DNA of 64,000 nucleotides from Heptranchias perlo (taxonomy: Eukaryota): contig NC_090325.1 in assembly GCF_035084215.1 (NCBI RefSeq), forward strand, positions 105,648,001-105,712,000, given 5' to 3'. Below the pieces are notes generated by a model, which saw only the letters and a list, made by a program, of their open reading frames with translations, searched no databases and was not told where the DNA came from. Below are positions 1-12,980 of the stretch, piece after piece. The position numbers and the translations under genes were made by a program. Every line of letters begins with the position of its first letter. The stretch's first letter is position 1.

Positions 1-700
1 AAAACTGAAGGCTTTTTAAAAAATGTTTGTCAAAATCTGACCTTGAAAACTGTTTGAGAGGCTACATTTAGCTTTTCTATTTTACTGAACCTTCTGTATA
101 TTGAAATAAAATGCTCAACTTAACTTGCATGACAGCATCGTTCAATCAATTTCCTATCTTGTGCAATATCTCTCTATCTCTCAGGCCAGCTCTGTTGCTC
201 TCTAGTTTTACTGCATGATTACCCATTTAAATCTAATCAGGGAGGAATGCACTCATTGTGTGGTGGTTATCAGGCCTTTGGGTATAATCATTGTATGTAA
301 ATTGCATTTGCAGTGACTACCAAATTTGCTAGTGAAAACAAATCATCCATTTAGCCTTTGTGCAGGTACATATATTTTGTAAAGGTTTCTTCTCACTGAT
401 AAAACTAAACCAGAACATCTAAACTGATGAGGAACTGATCTGGAATCTGCTTAATTGCCTACATTTAACATAAGAACGAATCCAAACAGATTTCCTTGAA
501 TCACATCTCTTCTTGAGGTGTACAAGCTGTGCAATTATGACTTCATAAATTGACAGTGTCCAGAAGAGAGATCCTCCACTCGGAACAAATTAACTTCTTA
601 CTGAAAAACATGACAGAAATCTACCACATTATCAAGGCTTGTTGGATATTTCAATGACGAGGTGACATGTCACCATAACATTTAATTGCTCTAAAACAAT

Positions 701-1394
701 GGGCATGATTTTGACCCCGAGCCAGGAAGGGGGCAGGGGGGGATTAAATTGCTGATGGGAAACCCGGGAATACGGGTTTCCTGGACGTCCTTACGATTTT
801 GACGTAAGAACCTCTTTTATTTTTTTGGTCGGTTTCCCGTCCGACTGACTGGCCCGATTGACAGGCTGGTCTCAGTTGAACGGGAGGACGTGTTCAAGTA
901 AATCTTCAGGTAAGTCTTTGTTTGTATGGATGGGGGGGAGGTATGGGTGGGCACAGGGGACATGGGTCGGCACGGGGCATTGGGGTCATCAGTCACGGGG
1001 GTGGGATCGGGGGTCAGTCACGTGGGGGGGCTGTCAGGATCAGGGGTCATCGCAGGGGTCCGCAATCGTTGGGGGGGAGGATCAGGGGTCCGCAATCGGT
1101 ATCGGGGCTCCGCAATCGGAAATCGGGGGGGTGGGGGGTTGTGGGGGTCGTTCAGGAATTGGGGGAGTCCACGATTATTGGGGGAGGGGGTTTGCTGCAG
1201 GTAGGCTTGTTGGTTCGGGAGGAAGCACACCTGCTCCACCCGGCCCACAAGCTATGCCAGAAAGGCACCTCTCGGGTCTTCTCGCCTCCATGAAAACCGG
1301 AAATGGGCGGGTTGGAGGCGGGTTTGAAATGGTTGAAATTTTGAATGACCCCCTGCTCCCAACCCACCCGTTTTTCACTGTTAAAATTGTGTCC
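701..1394. mobile_element. PIF/Harbinger-type MITE (non-autonomous)
   Basis: Imperfect TIRs GGGCATGATTTTGAC / GTTAAAATTGTGTCC, 3-bp TSD AAT (698-700, 1395-1397), G-rich interior. Internal block GCAGGTAGGCTTGTTGG...GGCCCACAAG is shared with 25866-26529. Confidence 0.85.
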
Positions 1395-2550
1395 AATATT
1401 TTTACACTATATTTTTATCACGGTCCAGATAAAACCGCTTTGTTATCCTTCAGAATTTAAATTTACACACACCAAAGTCTGGCATATTAGAACAGATTTT
1501 TGATAATACTGTTGATTTATTAATTTAAAGTAGATGGTGTAATGTCATGAGCTCTGAGGAGCCTTTATGTTTAGTGAAACATGGAATTCCTGAGTAGCCT
1601 GTGCAAGTCATTAATAGGGCAAGAGATTTGCCATAGTGCGACATCCCATGAATTTCACCAATCACCGCACCAGCACAGTTTGCTGCCCTAACACCACAAT
1701 TTTGCATAAAAGGTCCCAGAGGCACTGAAAATGTTGGAATCCAAAGGGATCTGAGCAATAATAAATCAGCTGGGCTAATCATCAAGTAGACAGCTGTTGC
1801 ACTTTTTAATGAGAGAGTAGGTTCTAAAATCATCTGGTTGCTCCCATTTTGGGGCAGGCCGAAACTGCATCACTTTCTACAGGGAATTTAAACACACTGG
1901 ACTGAGTCTCCAAAAACATTCAAGGCAATTACTCCCACTTTTCCTATTTCCTTCCTTCCAATTACCCCAATTCATTACAGCGGCCCAGTGGCACCACAGG
2001 CCAAGGTGCTGATGCAGCACTTCAGAGAGGTACAAGTCGGTTTTGAACTTCAGACACCTCACGTATATATATCCTGCTCGCAGTCCCAAAGATACCGCTG
2101 AGGCTCTGAGCAGAAGTGAGGCCTTTCTCCTGAGGGGTGGGACAGTCTTTGACTCACGTGGGCCCTATATTACAGGTCTGTGCTCTTGGCTGAAGATGAG
2201 GTTGTAGTACCGGAAGCTTTTATGTCGGAAATAAAATAGAACCACAGAGCCATACTCGAGAAGCCAGGGAACAACATCTTTGAAAAACACAATCTTATTA
2301 CTGCGCTGTTACAATCTCTAGCTGAGAGTCCCTATCTATTTTAATCTGTCCACTAAAAGCACCACATGCCACATATTTTAATATCCTGTTGTTGAGCTGA
2401 AGGATTTTCTTGTCCCTTCTGAGTATGTGTGAAATAGTTTCCAGTCTTAAGTGCAATGAGATACAACCTCACACTGGACGGACTCCCCGCTGTATCCCCA
2501 CCCCTGACTATTCGACTTGACACAAGTCAAATACATTGACCAAACCTTAC

Positions 2551-2622
2551 TATTCTGATTTTGATGGGCGTTTTGAATGCTATCTACCAGCTGCAATTCT
2601 GTAATCTTTTCCCTTTGCTGAC
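2551..2622 (-). other. Candidate 72-nt internal exon of an unidentified host gene (phase 1-1; GQQREKITELQLVDSIQNAHQNQN)
   Basis: Minus strand ttgttttcag|GTCAGC...AGAATA|gtaagg. Length is divisible by 3 and only one frame is open. Peptide not recognised. Confidence 0.35.
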
Positions 2623-3989
2623 CTGAAAACAATAATGTTTTTGAGGTTCGCTGGACTTGGAAAGGTATCCTCTCTTATTACTTTTCTCTAAACAATGCTG
2701 AGTACATTACTGTCGTATCTATCAGGCAAATGCCTGGCATGCCAATGAAAAATGGTGTCTTAGGTAATATTATATTACTGATTAAATAATTCATGTATAA
2801 AGCACCATTCCTGCATTAGTGAATGTCAGCAGAGCTCTCCTGGGCTTCATCTGAAGCTCTCCATGATAGAAGAAATAAAGCAATAAAATAAATGCTCTTT
2901 AAATATTTGTCCAGCTCTGACAAATTATCAATAATTAAACTGATCCAATGAAAATGATTTAAAGATACTGATAAATAATTAACGCTGAAGGAATCTGCAC
3001 ATATAACTTGAAGGCTGCTTTTATTAATTATTTTAAGCATATATCTTTATACTGTTTACCCAAATTTACCCACTTTTCTTGGCAGAGCAACTCAGCATCA
3101 TAGAATTCTTGAGAGTCAAGGTCACGGGCTATTCCACAATGATAGGATGTGGAATAAAATCATAATACTTGAATTCATATAAAACCTTTCAAATTGAAAT
3201 GTTTCAAAATGCTTTACACAATGAATTACTTTTTGAAGTGCAGTTGCTGTTGATATGTACACAAGCATATGGGATAATGGGTCAAACCAACTCCTCCCAT
3301 CCTGGAAACTGAGGATCCTGACATACTTAGATCAAGCAATAGGAAAGATGGCTCCAGCAGATTTGAGTGACAAAAAGCCTCAGGACTCAAACCATCTGGA
3401 TAGAGGCCAGATATCCAATCGCGCGTGCTACTGAGCCACTGCTTTCATTTATATTTTTAAAATTTATTTCTCCTCTTCATTTTCTAACATTATTATTAAG
3501 TTATCTCCCAGCTTCAGGCATACTGGTATTAACCTGTAAATAATTCTGTGACTATTTGGAGCTGAGAGAGAAGAGATTTGAAGTTCAGTGAATTATCCTC
3601 CACATACCTAAAGTTAAGAAAAAAATCAGAGGAATATCTGTTCCAGTCCCATTCCTTGTAAGAGTATCCCCACAGGGTTCTATTTGGTCCTTTTTAACCA
3701 GAGAAGATAGTGTAGTTTAGTGATGAGGTCTCAGGGCTTTATTTCCCCTGAGGATAGGGAATGTCTTTTATTGCTTTTGGCAGGGGGAGGGAAGTTTGAT
3801 AAAATACGATGTTAACAATGACAAATTAAAAACACCGACAAGAGTGAGAAACCTAAATGGAACAAGTAATTAACATAACAAAACACAAGTAAGGTGTCCC
3901 ACTCAAAGCCAAACTGTGAGGAACCCAGTCGTAATTCCTAATACAGATCCAGAGAGAGGTGGCTGCTGCGCGCCTGCTAGTAGATCCAG

Positions 3990-4160
3990 ACTGTGACCTC
4001 CTATTGAACAGCTACAGGTACTGGAGGTATCATCTACATACATGGACTTCTAGCAGCAATTCCACATTTATCCCTCCTTGACCCCTGAGATCAGACCAAA
4101 GATCAAACTTGGGATCTTTCTTGTCTTTTTAGCTTAGTGGATAAACCCCCATTGGAGGCA
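3990..4160 (-). mobile_element. Degenerate fragment of an old SINE-like family (here 'family B')
   Basis: Weak similarity to copies at 47815-48195 and 24715-25135; boundaries approximate. Confidence 0.4.
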
Positions 4161-4283
4161 CCGTGGGGCAACTGTTATGTAGCATAGAATGGCAAAGTCA
4201 GACAGAATAGGCATCTCTGTGATTTACTGTTTGCATGGTTAACTTAACTCATAGTATAAGGAGGATGATGAAAGAATAAATAT

Positions 4284-4714
4284 AGACAGACTTGCATTTA
4301 TATAGCCCCTTTCACAACCCAAAGCGCTTTAGAACCAATTAAATACTTTTGAGGTGTAGTCACTGTTGTAATGTGGGAAATGTTCCAAGCAATTTGTGCA
4401 TAGCAAGGTCCCACAAACAGCAACGTGATAACAGCCAGATAATCTGTTTTAGTGACGTTGGTTGAGGGGTAAATGTTGGCCAGGACACCAGGGAGACCTC
4501 CCCTGTTCTTCTTGGAAATAGTGCCATGGTATCTTTAACGTCCACCTGAGAGGGCAGTTGGGGCCTTGGTTTAACATCTCATCCAAAAGACAGCACTTCC
4601 AACATTGCAACACTCCCTCAGTACTGCACTGTGATGTCAGCCTAGATTTTGTGCTCAAGTCTCTGGGGGTGGGACTTGAACCCACGAACCTCTGACTTAG
4701 AGGCGAGAGTGCCA
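4284..4714 (-). mobile_element. tRNA-derived DeuSINE (SacSINE1/AmnSINE1-like), near full length
   Basis: Minus strand has a B-box-like GGGTTCAAGTCCC head, Deu-domain-like core (GATGAGATGTTAAACCAAGG...CCATGGCACTATTT...GGTGTCCTGGCCAAC) and L2-type tail ...CTATATAAATGCAAGT. Confidence 0.85.
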
Positions 4715-4981
4715 CACAATGGGCTCAATATTACCAGGGCGGTGGGGTCGCGGCGGGGGGGGCGACTGGGAGCGTGGGTAACGCGCCCGGTGAAATCAGT
4801 CTGCCCCGAGCGCAATCGCAGCCTAATTGGATCCACTTACCTGCTCCTCCGGGTTCTCCACTGCTGAGCTGCGCGTCGGGCGGGCTGCGCATGCGCAGTA
4901 AGATCTGTCAGCTGGAGGAGCTCTATTTAAAGGGGCAGTCCTCCACTGACAGATGCTGCAACAAATAGGAAAAATTACAGC

Positions 4982-5226
4982 ATGGAGCAGCCCAGGGGGA
5001 AGGCTGCTCCCAGTTTAATGATGCCTCACTCCAGGTATCATTAGATGGGGTGAGGAGGAGGGGGAGGACAGAGATCTTCCGCCCAGCGGGCGGGAGGAAG
5101 CGGCCTGCCTCTGCCACCAGGAAGGCCTGGCTCGAGGTAGCAGAGGAGGTCACCTGCACCACCAACATATCGCGCACCTGCATACAGTGCAGGAGGCGCT
5201 GCAATGACCTAAGTAGGTCAGCCAAA
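4982..5226 (+). pseudogene. Harbinger Myb/SANT-like (NAIF1/MSANTD-type) DNA-binding protein, exon 1 remnant
   Basis: MEQPRGKAAP/FNDASLQVSLDGVRRRGRTEIF...KAWLEVAEEV...RTCIQCRRRCNDL, with a frameshift near 5010; ends at donor AAA|GTGAGT (5227). Confidence 0.85.
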
Positions 5227-5789
5227 GTGAGTACACTTACTCATTCCCCTACACTCTGTCTGCCACATCACCGCCCCCACCCCACATCTCCTTCTGCACT
5301 GCCAACACTACTCTGTCACATCACCCCTCACACCCAGTCAAACCTCATCCTCATTTTACCTGCACTTACTCACATCGCCAGTACTCATCCCGCCACTACC
5401 ACTCAACCCAATCCTCATACAATCTCATGGCTCTATCTCATACTCACCCTCTCGTGCATCTCTTTCACGGTCAGCCTCACTCAACCTGCCACTACCTGTG
5501 CTGCAGCCACAGGGCATGCATCACATATGTGCAGTAGGAAGCGTAAGGCAAACGTGTTGTGAGCATGAAGGGGATTCACAAGGGTGTTTGAGGGTTTGTC
5601 ATGGTTTTTACTTCTTTTTAATTTCTGACCAACTCACATCACATATTATATTGGCACCACTACTGTCATGTCTTTGCTAATCTTGTCTGGTTTGTGCAAT
5701 AATGCCCTTTCCTGAGGATCACAATGAAGACCCACACCTGATGCCACCCATTGTGTCACTGCATTGTGGGTGTAGGTGTAATTGCAGGG

Positions 5790-6232
5790 CTCTTTTGTGC
5801 AGACGACTGAGAGACGTTGGCGATGTCCCCGGTGGTACCCTGGAAGGATGTGGAGGAGAAGTTGTTGAGGGCAGTGGTGACTTTGACAGCGACAGGTAAG
5901 AAGATGGTGCTCAGGCCAGCTGGGAGCAGCTCGGCATGAAGGAGGCTGCAGATGTCCACGACTACATGTCGAGTGACTCTGAGCCTCCATGTGCACTGCT
6001 ACTCAGAGAGGTCCAGGAAGCGGAGCCTCGGTCTGTGGACCCTGTGGCAAGGGTAGTGCCCTCTGCGACGCATCTCTCTCTGCGGTTGCCCTCCCTCCTG
6101 CTGTGCAGGTGGATGTGTCACAGCACTGTGTTGTGGAGCTCCACGTGTCAGAGGTGGACGGCTTGGCCGGCGAGGCTGGTGATGCCGTTCGCCTTCCGAG
6201 GAGGTCATGACTGCAGCTACGGCGGCCCCCAT
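5790..6232 (-). pseudogene. Harbinger transposase N-terminal remnant (HARBI1-like)
   Basis: HRVHRPRLRFLDLSE*QCTWRLR...DICSLLHAEL...LPVAVKVTTALNNFSSTSFQGTTGDIANVSQS, homologous to 41337-41678. In-frame stop; DDE core deleted. Confidence 0.85.
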
Positions 6233-7970
6233 CCGGAAAATGTACATCTGAGGGGGTTCGCAAGGTAGGTACATGTCTCTGGACCCCGGGGTAAGTGTGC
6301 AAGTTGGTGAATTTGATTGTCAGGAGGAGGGTGGTGGAGGCCAAACTTTGTCCCAAGTGACAGAGTGGCCTCTTGCAATGAATGAGGGTCTCCCCCCTCC
6401 AACTGTCAAATGGACCTTTGCAGCTGCCACAGGCTGATGGCTGCAACACGTCCATTTCAACTTGGAGTGTTTCCCCCAGTACGGGAGACAGTCCCAGTTG
6501 TTTCTAAAATCCCACCCCTCCTGACATATTCCCTTAATCAGGTCTGTTAATGACCTGAAATAGCAACATAAATATTGTTAAGTGGCACCCCGCCGGCTTT
6601 AATTGCCTGCGGGATTCCCACATGCGGGGGCTGCGCGCGCACGTCGGCGCGTCTGTGGGGAACCCGGAAGTGGGCGGGTTGGAGCCGGGCTCCCGACCCG
6701 CTCCGGGATTCCCCGATTTTCGGAGTCCCCCCGCCAGGAACGCACCCGATAGCGGGTGCTAAAATGGAGCCCAATAATTCAGTTAATTCTTCATCACCTG
6801 CTGTTACAAAAAATGTAAGTAAAAAGAGAATTGCTCAATAACATTTCTCTAAAATATACAACAGATGGTGGAGCAGGTAGATTTACAAATTAAATGTTAC
6901 TGAAAGGGAAGCAGACCACCATTTCAATGTTAAAATGCAAGTAAGTAATCAAACCGCAAAATGCTCACAAACCCAATGTGTTATGTACATAAAAGTCTAC
7001 TCTAGAGGATGAATCCTGACACCCTGAAGAGAAGCTGTTTGAAGTGCTGCTGGATGTCAGTTCACATCCAGCCTTCGTGAAGAAACAGCAGCACTCAGAA
7101 TCCAGCTCATGTTCCATCCCACTGCGCACTGCTGCACGGCTACAATCAAACCATTCTCCCCACGTACATTCAATAATGCGAAGTTTCTGCTATTTTTAAC
7201 CATCATATTGTCCAATAACGAGTAGGAAGGCTATGATCACTGGACCTTGAGAAACTCCCTGCTACAGTGGCACTGAATACATAACAGGCAGAACAACCTC
7301 AATCTTTGGACACAAGCTCTCAGTATGCCATTAAAATGAGAAGCTGCAGTAGCCCACAACAAAATTTTGTCTATTACCATTATCTTATTCACTGCATCTA
7401 CAAGCAAAATAAGCAGGGAAAAAAATTGCATCCAAAACAGGATTGACCATAACAACTTACGTACGGAAAATAAAGTTATTTTTGAGACTTGGTGGAATAT
7501 CATTTCCCATCAAAACAGCCAACAGTTCTGCACACAATGCAACAAATTACCTTGAACTCTTAGTCAAGACAAATCTGACCCAACAGACTTGTTGCTTTCT
7601 GCATCAATAGCTATCAGTGTTTGATTGTTAGCATTCCACGTACCCAGTTACACAACCACAAACACTTTCCTAATACAAGAATGGGCCACTACTTCAAAGA
7701 AAATCATCCCTATTGATGATTGAATTTATCTCCCACAATCTCTCTAAAATATCACTTAGTACTGGAATGGCAATGATTTGTTGAAGAACCAATTTGATGC
7801 CAGATAGAGGTAACACTCATGGTGAGTAAAAGGATAAGGTCCGCAATGGGGTGTGCTATAATGGTGCTATATGAAGTTTGAACTGTCTCAGTGACACTCA
7901 AGGTTGACCTTTGGAAAAACTACCAACAGAAACAGATGATCTACCAGTTGGAAATAAAGTACAAAGAGAA

Positions 7971-8094
7971 AGGGGTAATTTTGACTTTAGATAACAGTGT
8001 AAAATGGGCAGTATCGATTTAGCTGCCCATTACACTGGGCAGCTGCATCGATAGCGCTCGTTTTACATGATCAGCCAAAATCAAAATTGCCCCC
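7971..8094. mobile_element. Short palindromic Harbinger-type MITE
   Basis: AGGGGTAATTTTGACTTT ... AAAATCAAAATTGCCCCC; same family as 56441-56579. Confidence 0.75.
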
Positions 8095-8243
8095 ACTGTC
8101 AGCCCCAATACGTATAATGGCTACTTTTTGGTTTGGTGACCTGATTGGTATTATGCATAGCAGTGACCAATCAAAAAGCCACCACGAACCCTAGATTTAT
8201 TACAGAGACAAAATTTAATAAGATAGATAGATTGATCAATTGA

Positions 8244-8849
8244 TCATAGAATTATATAAATTGCAGCTCAAAAGGAGGCCATTTGGCCCATTCTGTACTG
8301 GTACTCGCTCTTCAACTGGGGCTATCCCATTTCCTGCCATTTCTTCATTTCCTTTTACATTCTTCATTTTCAAATACTTATCCAATTCTCTTTTAAATGA
8401 TGTTACAGTCTCTGCCTCAGTAGCCATTTGTGGCAAAGCATTCAATGTTTTAACAGCTCTTCATGTTAAAATAATCTTCTAACTTCCACCTTCATCCTTC
8501 TAGTGGTAATCCTGAGTCAATGCCCTTTTGCTACCAATTTTGCCATCCAGTGGTGACAGTCTTTCACTATTTATCCTCTTAAACCCTTCATAATTTTGAA
8601 AAACCTCTATTAGGTCCTATATAATCTTCTCCGTTCTAGTGAAAAAGCTGCAATTTTTCAAACCTTTCTTCATAGCTATAACATCTCATTGCTGGTATAA
8701 TTCGAAGGAATCTTTACTGTACCCTTTCCATTGGTCTAATATCCTTCATATAGTGGGGTGTTTACAATACTCCAACTGTGGCCTACCCAATGTCTAACAC
8801 AAATTCAACATCATTTCCTTGTTTTTATATTCAGTGCCCATGTATAAAT
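8244..8849 (-). mobile_element. CR1 LINE 3' fragment (degenerate)
   Basis: ORF track NALPQMATEAETVTSFKRELDKYL matches the CR1 ORF2 C-terminus; CR1-type 3' tail at the left end. Confidence 0.85.
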
Positions 8850-8857
8850 AGGTTGGG

Positions 8858-8872
8858 TAGATAGATAGATAA

Positions 8873-8931
<59 letters not shown>
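8858..8931. repeat. (GATA)n microsatellite
   Basis: Direct tandem GATA repeats. Confidence 0.97.
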
Positions 8932-8933
<2 letters not shown>

Positions 8934-8944
8934 GACAAGAAGCT

Positions 8945-9235
8945 ATTCTTTTTCCCTAACTCACTGGTTCATGAAGGGGATACATTTACATAGTCAACAG
9001 CCATGGAGCCATTCTCATGTTTGGTTTTACATAGTTTGGTGTTGACAAGTTATTCAACTGTGGGGATTGCACAGTCAAGCCCAATCCCATCCACACATGG
9101 TCACTTTCCAGTTCAAATGACTAGATAATTATGAGGGGTGGAAATTCTGGCCAGAGTTCTGGCCTAGATCAGAGGTACTGAGACAAATTACATTGACCCT
9201 ATTACCATCCTGTAATTGACCCCATGTTGGTCCAT
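8945..9235 (-). mobile_element. Degenerate SINE family B copy
   Basis: Motifs such as CAAGCCCAATCCCATCC and ATTCTCATGT correspond to other family B copies; approximate limits. Confidence 0.45.
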
Positions 9236-10958
9236 GTGTTTATATAAAGCGGGAAAAGTTAAGCGTGGGTAATATTAGCATCTCTCATACATACCATGTC
9301 AGCATGTTACTGCTTTGTAGTGCTTTATGTTATACACGATAGTGCTGCACTACAGTTCCAGCTTTAAATAGCGTAATGTTCCAGTCCAATATAATTTCTA
9401 AATGGTTCTATAAAAGGCTAAATCATGAATATAATAGTATGGTATGAGCTACTGCATTTAAAGACTTGCTGAGTATTGAAGTCAGTGAGTGCAGCTAGTG
9501 GGAATGTCCAAGCTTCCTGTTGTGCAGTGAACAACTTCCGCAGGCAATAAATGATCTCGCCTTGAGAAGTATAATTACAGACATTGCTAATCTGCGAAGG
9601 AACTATATACGATCCATGGAAGCATCTCATTACAATGTCCGTAATTACATTTGTCCAGATTTAGCTATTTTTGGGCAGTTACATAGAAATACGTCACCAG
9701 CATCATGTATGGCCTAAAAAAAGATACTGCATGGATAGCAGAAGAGTGTTGGATTCCCATGTGCGGGGCCCAAGTTTGAATCAGAGTTCCGATTAGCATT
9801 CAAACTCAAATTTCCTCAACAGGGAAGGTTCACTAGCTTTCAGTCGGACCACTACCTGGAAGCAAATTGCTTTGGCACCTGTGAAATGGCAGCAAACACT
9901 TGCAACGGCAATGTTGTGACACCAACTCCGCATTATGCCTGCAGGTCAGACAGCCAGTGTGAAACCTTGGTTTAGCACCTTGGCCCTGTTCGCTGAAGGA
10001 AGGAAGGCAAAAGCAGGCAGTAGCCGTAGCTGTGAGGAATCTAATGGGGGGCAAAAACAAGGGAACAAAATATGCTAAACTACATTACACCCAACTAGAA
10101 AAATACACAGAGCACATAATTCGCAGAGCAAGCACATTGCTTTCCATGTTGTAGCACTAGGGGCAAAAATCTAACCTTGTGAATTAGGTGCAGAAATTTT
10201 TCTTTAACACCTAGTAAAGGAAATAATAATCAAAACGACTTTATTTTATTTATCTTGGAGGTTCGAAGTAATTTCACTCTTTCAAGCATGGTAATGTTTT
10301 TGCCTCAGTGATTACTAAAGCCCATAGAGGAAAATAATCTTTCCCACCACTTAATGCAAATATTACTCTTGAACTCCTCAAGCTTGCAAAGGGGATAAAG
10401 CCAAAAACACTTGCGGTGCAACATCCCATGAAATAGACTTTTGCCTGGATTGCTGATGCTAGGAAAAAAAATAAAGCCTGATGAGATGACAGATCCAATC
10501 TAGTGTTTCATGAGTTGTTCTCACCAAAGCGCAGTCAGAGTCAGTTGATCTGCTGGCCAGATGTTGGGCAGGTGAACATATCAGCAAAGGCCTGTCCTTT
10601 CATCTCAGCCATTGCTAACAGAAGCCTTTCCTCTTGTCAAATGACCAAGGTAGCTGACAGATGGTTAAACTACTCCGTACCACTTTACAAAAATAACAGG
10701 AATCCAGATTAGTTCATTTTCTACAGTTCCAAGAAACTTCAACGTAGCTTTACAACATGTTGGCATCTGGTTTTTCTGAAGTTAGCATTTAGATTTACTA
10801 TTTTAATGAGCATCATTGTCATGAATTGCTGGCTTTTGCATGCCAGAAATTCCTGAGAGTAAACAAGAAACCTAATCGCACTATCCAACATGCCTGTGAA
10901 CAGCAAGCCAATCCAAAACTTTTTAATAGAATTATTAAGGTCCTATATAAAAATCTTG

Positions 10959-11577
10959 AGGGTCTAAATTTAATGATATTACGCCCATTTTATGGGCCTA
11001 AAATGGGCACAATGATAACCAATTTGCAGCGCAGAGGCCCATGACAAATCCGCATGGCAGTTTGGGCCACTACTACATTAGTTGGGGCCTTTTATAAGGT
11101 AAAGAGTGTAGGCCTCATTTCAATATTGAAATGAGGCTCCTGCGCTCATTGCAGACCCGGACTCCTAAGTTCACTTCCCTAGTCGGAGCTTTCGGTGTGC
11201 AAGCTCCAACTGGTATTTCCGGGTCTTGAGCAGCATAATCAGCAGTCCTTAAAGGGATTGCTGGAGGGTGCTCAAAAATTGCCCAAAAACTTGGATTTTT
11301 TTTTAGTATTTTGTGGAGTCGGAAGGAGCAGGAATGCTCCACCTTGCACCACAAAACAACTGCAGGCTGTTACCGGCCCCCCTCCCAATCACTCCCCCCT
11401 GCCCCCATCCCAAACATACCTTTGACACGGGCTGAAATTCTGAAATTCAGACGGTCCCAACAGGCAAGCTGCATTGGGTGCCTGATTGGCGCCTGCAGTT
11501 TGCCTGATTTATTCTGATGATGCCCGAGGCCTCTCCATTGCTGCGCCTGGTTTGAGGCGCTAAGGAATTTAGACCCC
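10959..11577. mobile_element. Harbinger-type MITE
   Basis: TIRs AGGGTCTAAATT / AATTTAGACCCC; near-TSD TTG/ATG. Confidence 0.7.
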
Positions 11578-12020
11578 ATGCTATTTAAACACTTCAGAAA
11601 TCTCACTTTTGAAAAGAAGTCCATGACTGGGTTGGAGAACCTGTTGCTTTTGGGAACAGCTCAGGCAATTTTAAGTGGTTAGTGTAATAGATCACCCCAC
11701 CCCTGCAGATATCTTTAATTCTACTGCAGGATACTTCTTCCAAATGAGCTTGACAAAGGCAATAGGAATTTTCATAATGATTAGAAGCATTTAAGATGAC
11801 AAGCACTTTTTTTATTGCTGTTATATATAAAAATAACCTCATAATAGTTTGCTGAAACGACTAAATTTATTCATTGATACCACTTCTTCCCACAATAATT
11901 TTAGCAGTTTATAAATGAGAGAATATTACACTGCACTATACTGAGTCAGCCTCGTCCTTCATCTTAATTTTAAATACACCACTAATGACAATTGGTACAT
12001 TAACAAAAATGTACATTTAC

Positions 12021-12980
12021 AACCCAAAAATGTTTTATGAATACAAGAGGATAACTAAGGAAAGAGAAGTGCCTATTAGAGACCAAAAAGGTAACCTATG
12101 TGTAGAGGCGGAAGATGTGGATATGGTTCTTGATGAATACTTTGTGTCTGTCCTCACAAAAGAGGGGGACGATGCAGAGATTGTAGTTAAGGAGGAGGAG
12201 TGTGAAATATTGGATGGGATAAACGTAGTGAGAGAGGAAGTATTAAGGGGTTTAGCATCTTTGAAAGTAGATAAATCACCAGGCCCGGATGAAATGTATC
12301 CCACGCTGTTAAATGAAGCAAGGGAGGAAATAGAGAAGGCTCTGACCATCATTTTCCAATCCTCCCTGGCTACAGCTACTGCTAACGTTGTACCATTGTT
12401 TAAAAAGGGAGAAAGAGATAGACAGAGTAATTATAGACCAGTCAGTCTAACCTCGGTGGTGGGCAAATTATTGGAATTGATTCTGAGGGACAGCATAAAT
12501 TGTCATTGAGGACGTCGCCAGGGCTGGAAAATTTTAGCTATGAGAAAAGATTGGATAGGCTGGGGTTGTTTTCTTTGAAACAAAGGATGCTAAGGGGAGA
12601 TTTAATTGAGGTGTATAAAATTATGATGGGACTAGATAGAGTGGATAGGGAGGATTTATTTCCCTTAGCAGAGGGGTCAGTGACCAGGGGGCATAGATTT
12701 AAAGTAATTTGTAGAAGGATTAGATGGGAGCTGAGGAGAATTTTTTTCACCCAGAGGGTGGTGGGGGTCTGGAACTCACTGCCTGAGAGGGTGATAGAGG
12801 CAGAAACCCTCATCGCATTTAAAAAGTACTTGGATGTGCACTTGAAGAGCCGTAACCTATAGGGCCACGGATCAAGTGCTGGAAAGTGGGATTAAGCTGG
12901 ATAGCTCTTTTTCGGCCGGCATGGACACGATGGGCCAAATGGCCTTCCTCTGTGCCATAACATTCTATGATTCTATGATT
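12021..12980 (+). mobile_element. CR1 LINE fragment with the RT domain deleted
   Basis: KSPGPDEMYP...ANVVPLFKKG...NYRPVSLTSVVGKLLE (pre-RT region) is joined at ~12507 to SYEKRLDRLGLFSL...TRGHRFK...FFTQRVVGVWNSLP (C-terminus); (TTCTATGA)n tail. Confidence 0.93.

Larger units (their letters stand above)
4721..6772. mobile_element. PIF/Harbinger non-autonomous internal-deletion derivative (2052 bp)
   Basis: TIRs GGGCTCAATATT / AAAATGGAGCCC, perfect TSD AAT (4718-4720, 6773-6775), convergent Myb/SANT and transposase remnants, CpG-rich termini. Confidence 0.93.

Noticed and set aside
858-1460. 200-aa Gly-rich ORF and overlapping ORFs
   Set aside because: Lies in the G-rich interior of a MITE; open in several frames because of low stop-codon density; no recognisable domain.
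4640-4714. tRNA-like sequences (also ~29700-29772, ~38470-38541, ~46920-46991)
   Set aside because: These are SINE heads attached to Deu cores, not complete tRNA cloverleaves.
7551-7669. Candidate minus-strand exon (tattag|...|gtaatt)
   Set aside because: Stops in all frames and only moderate splice signals.
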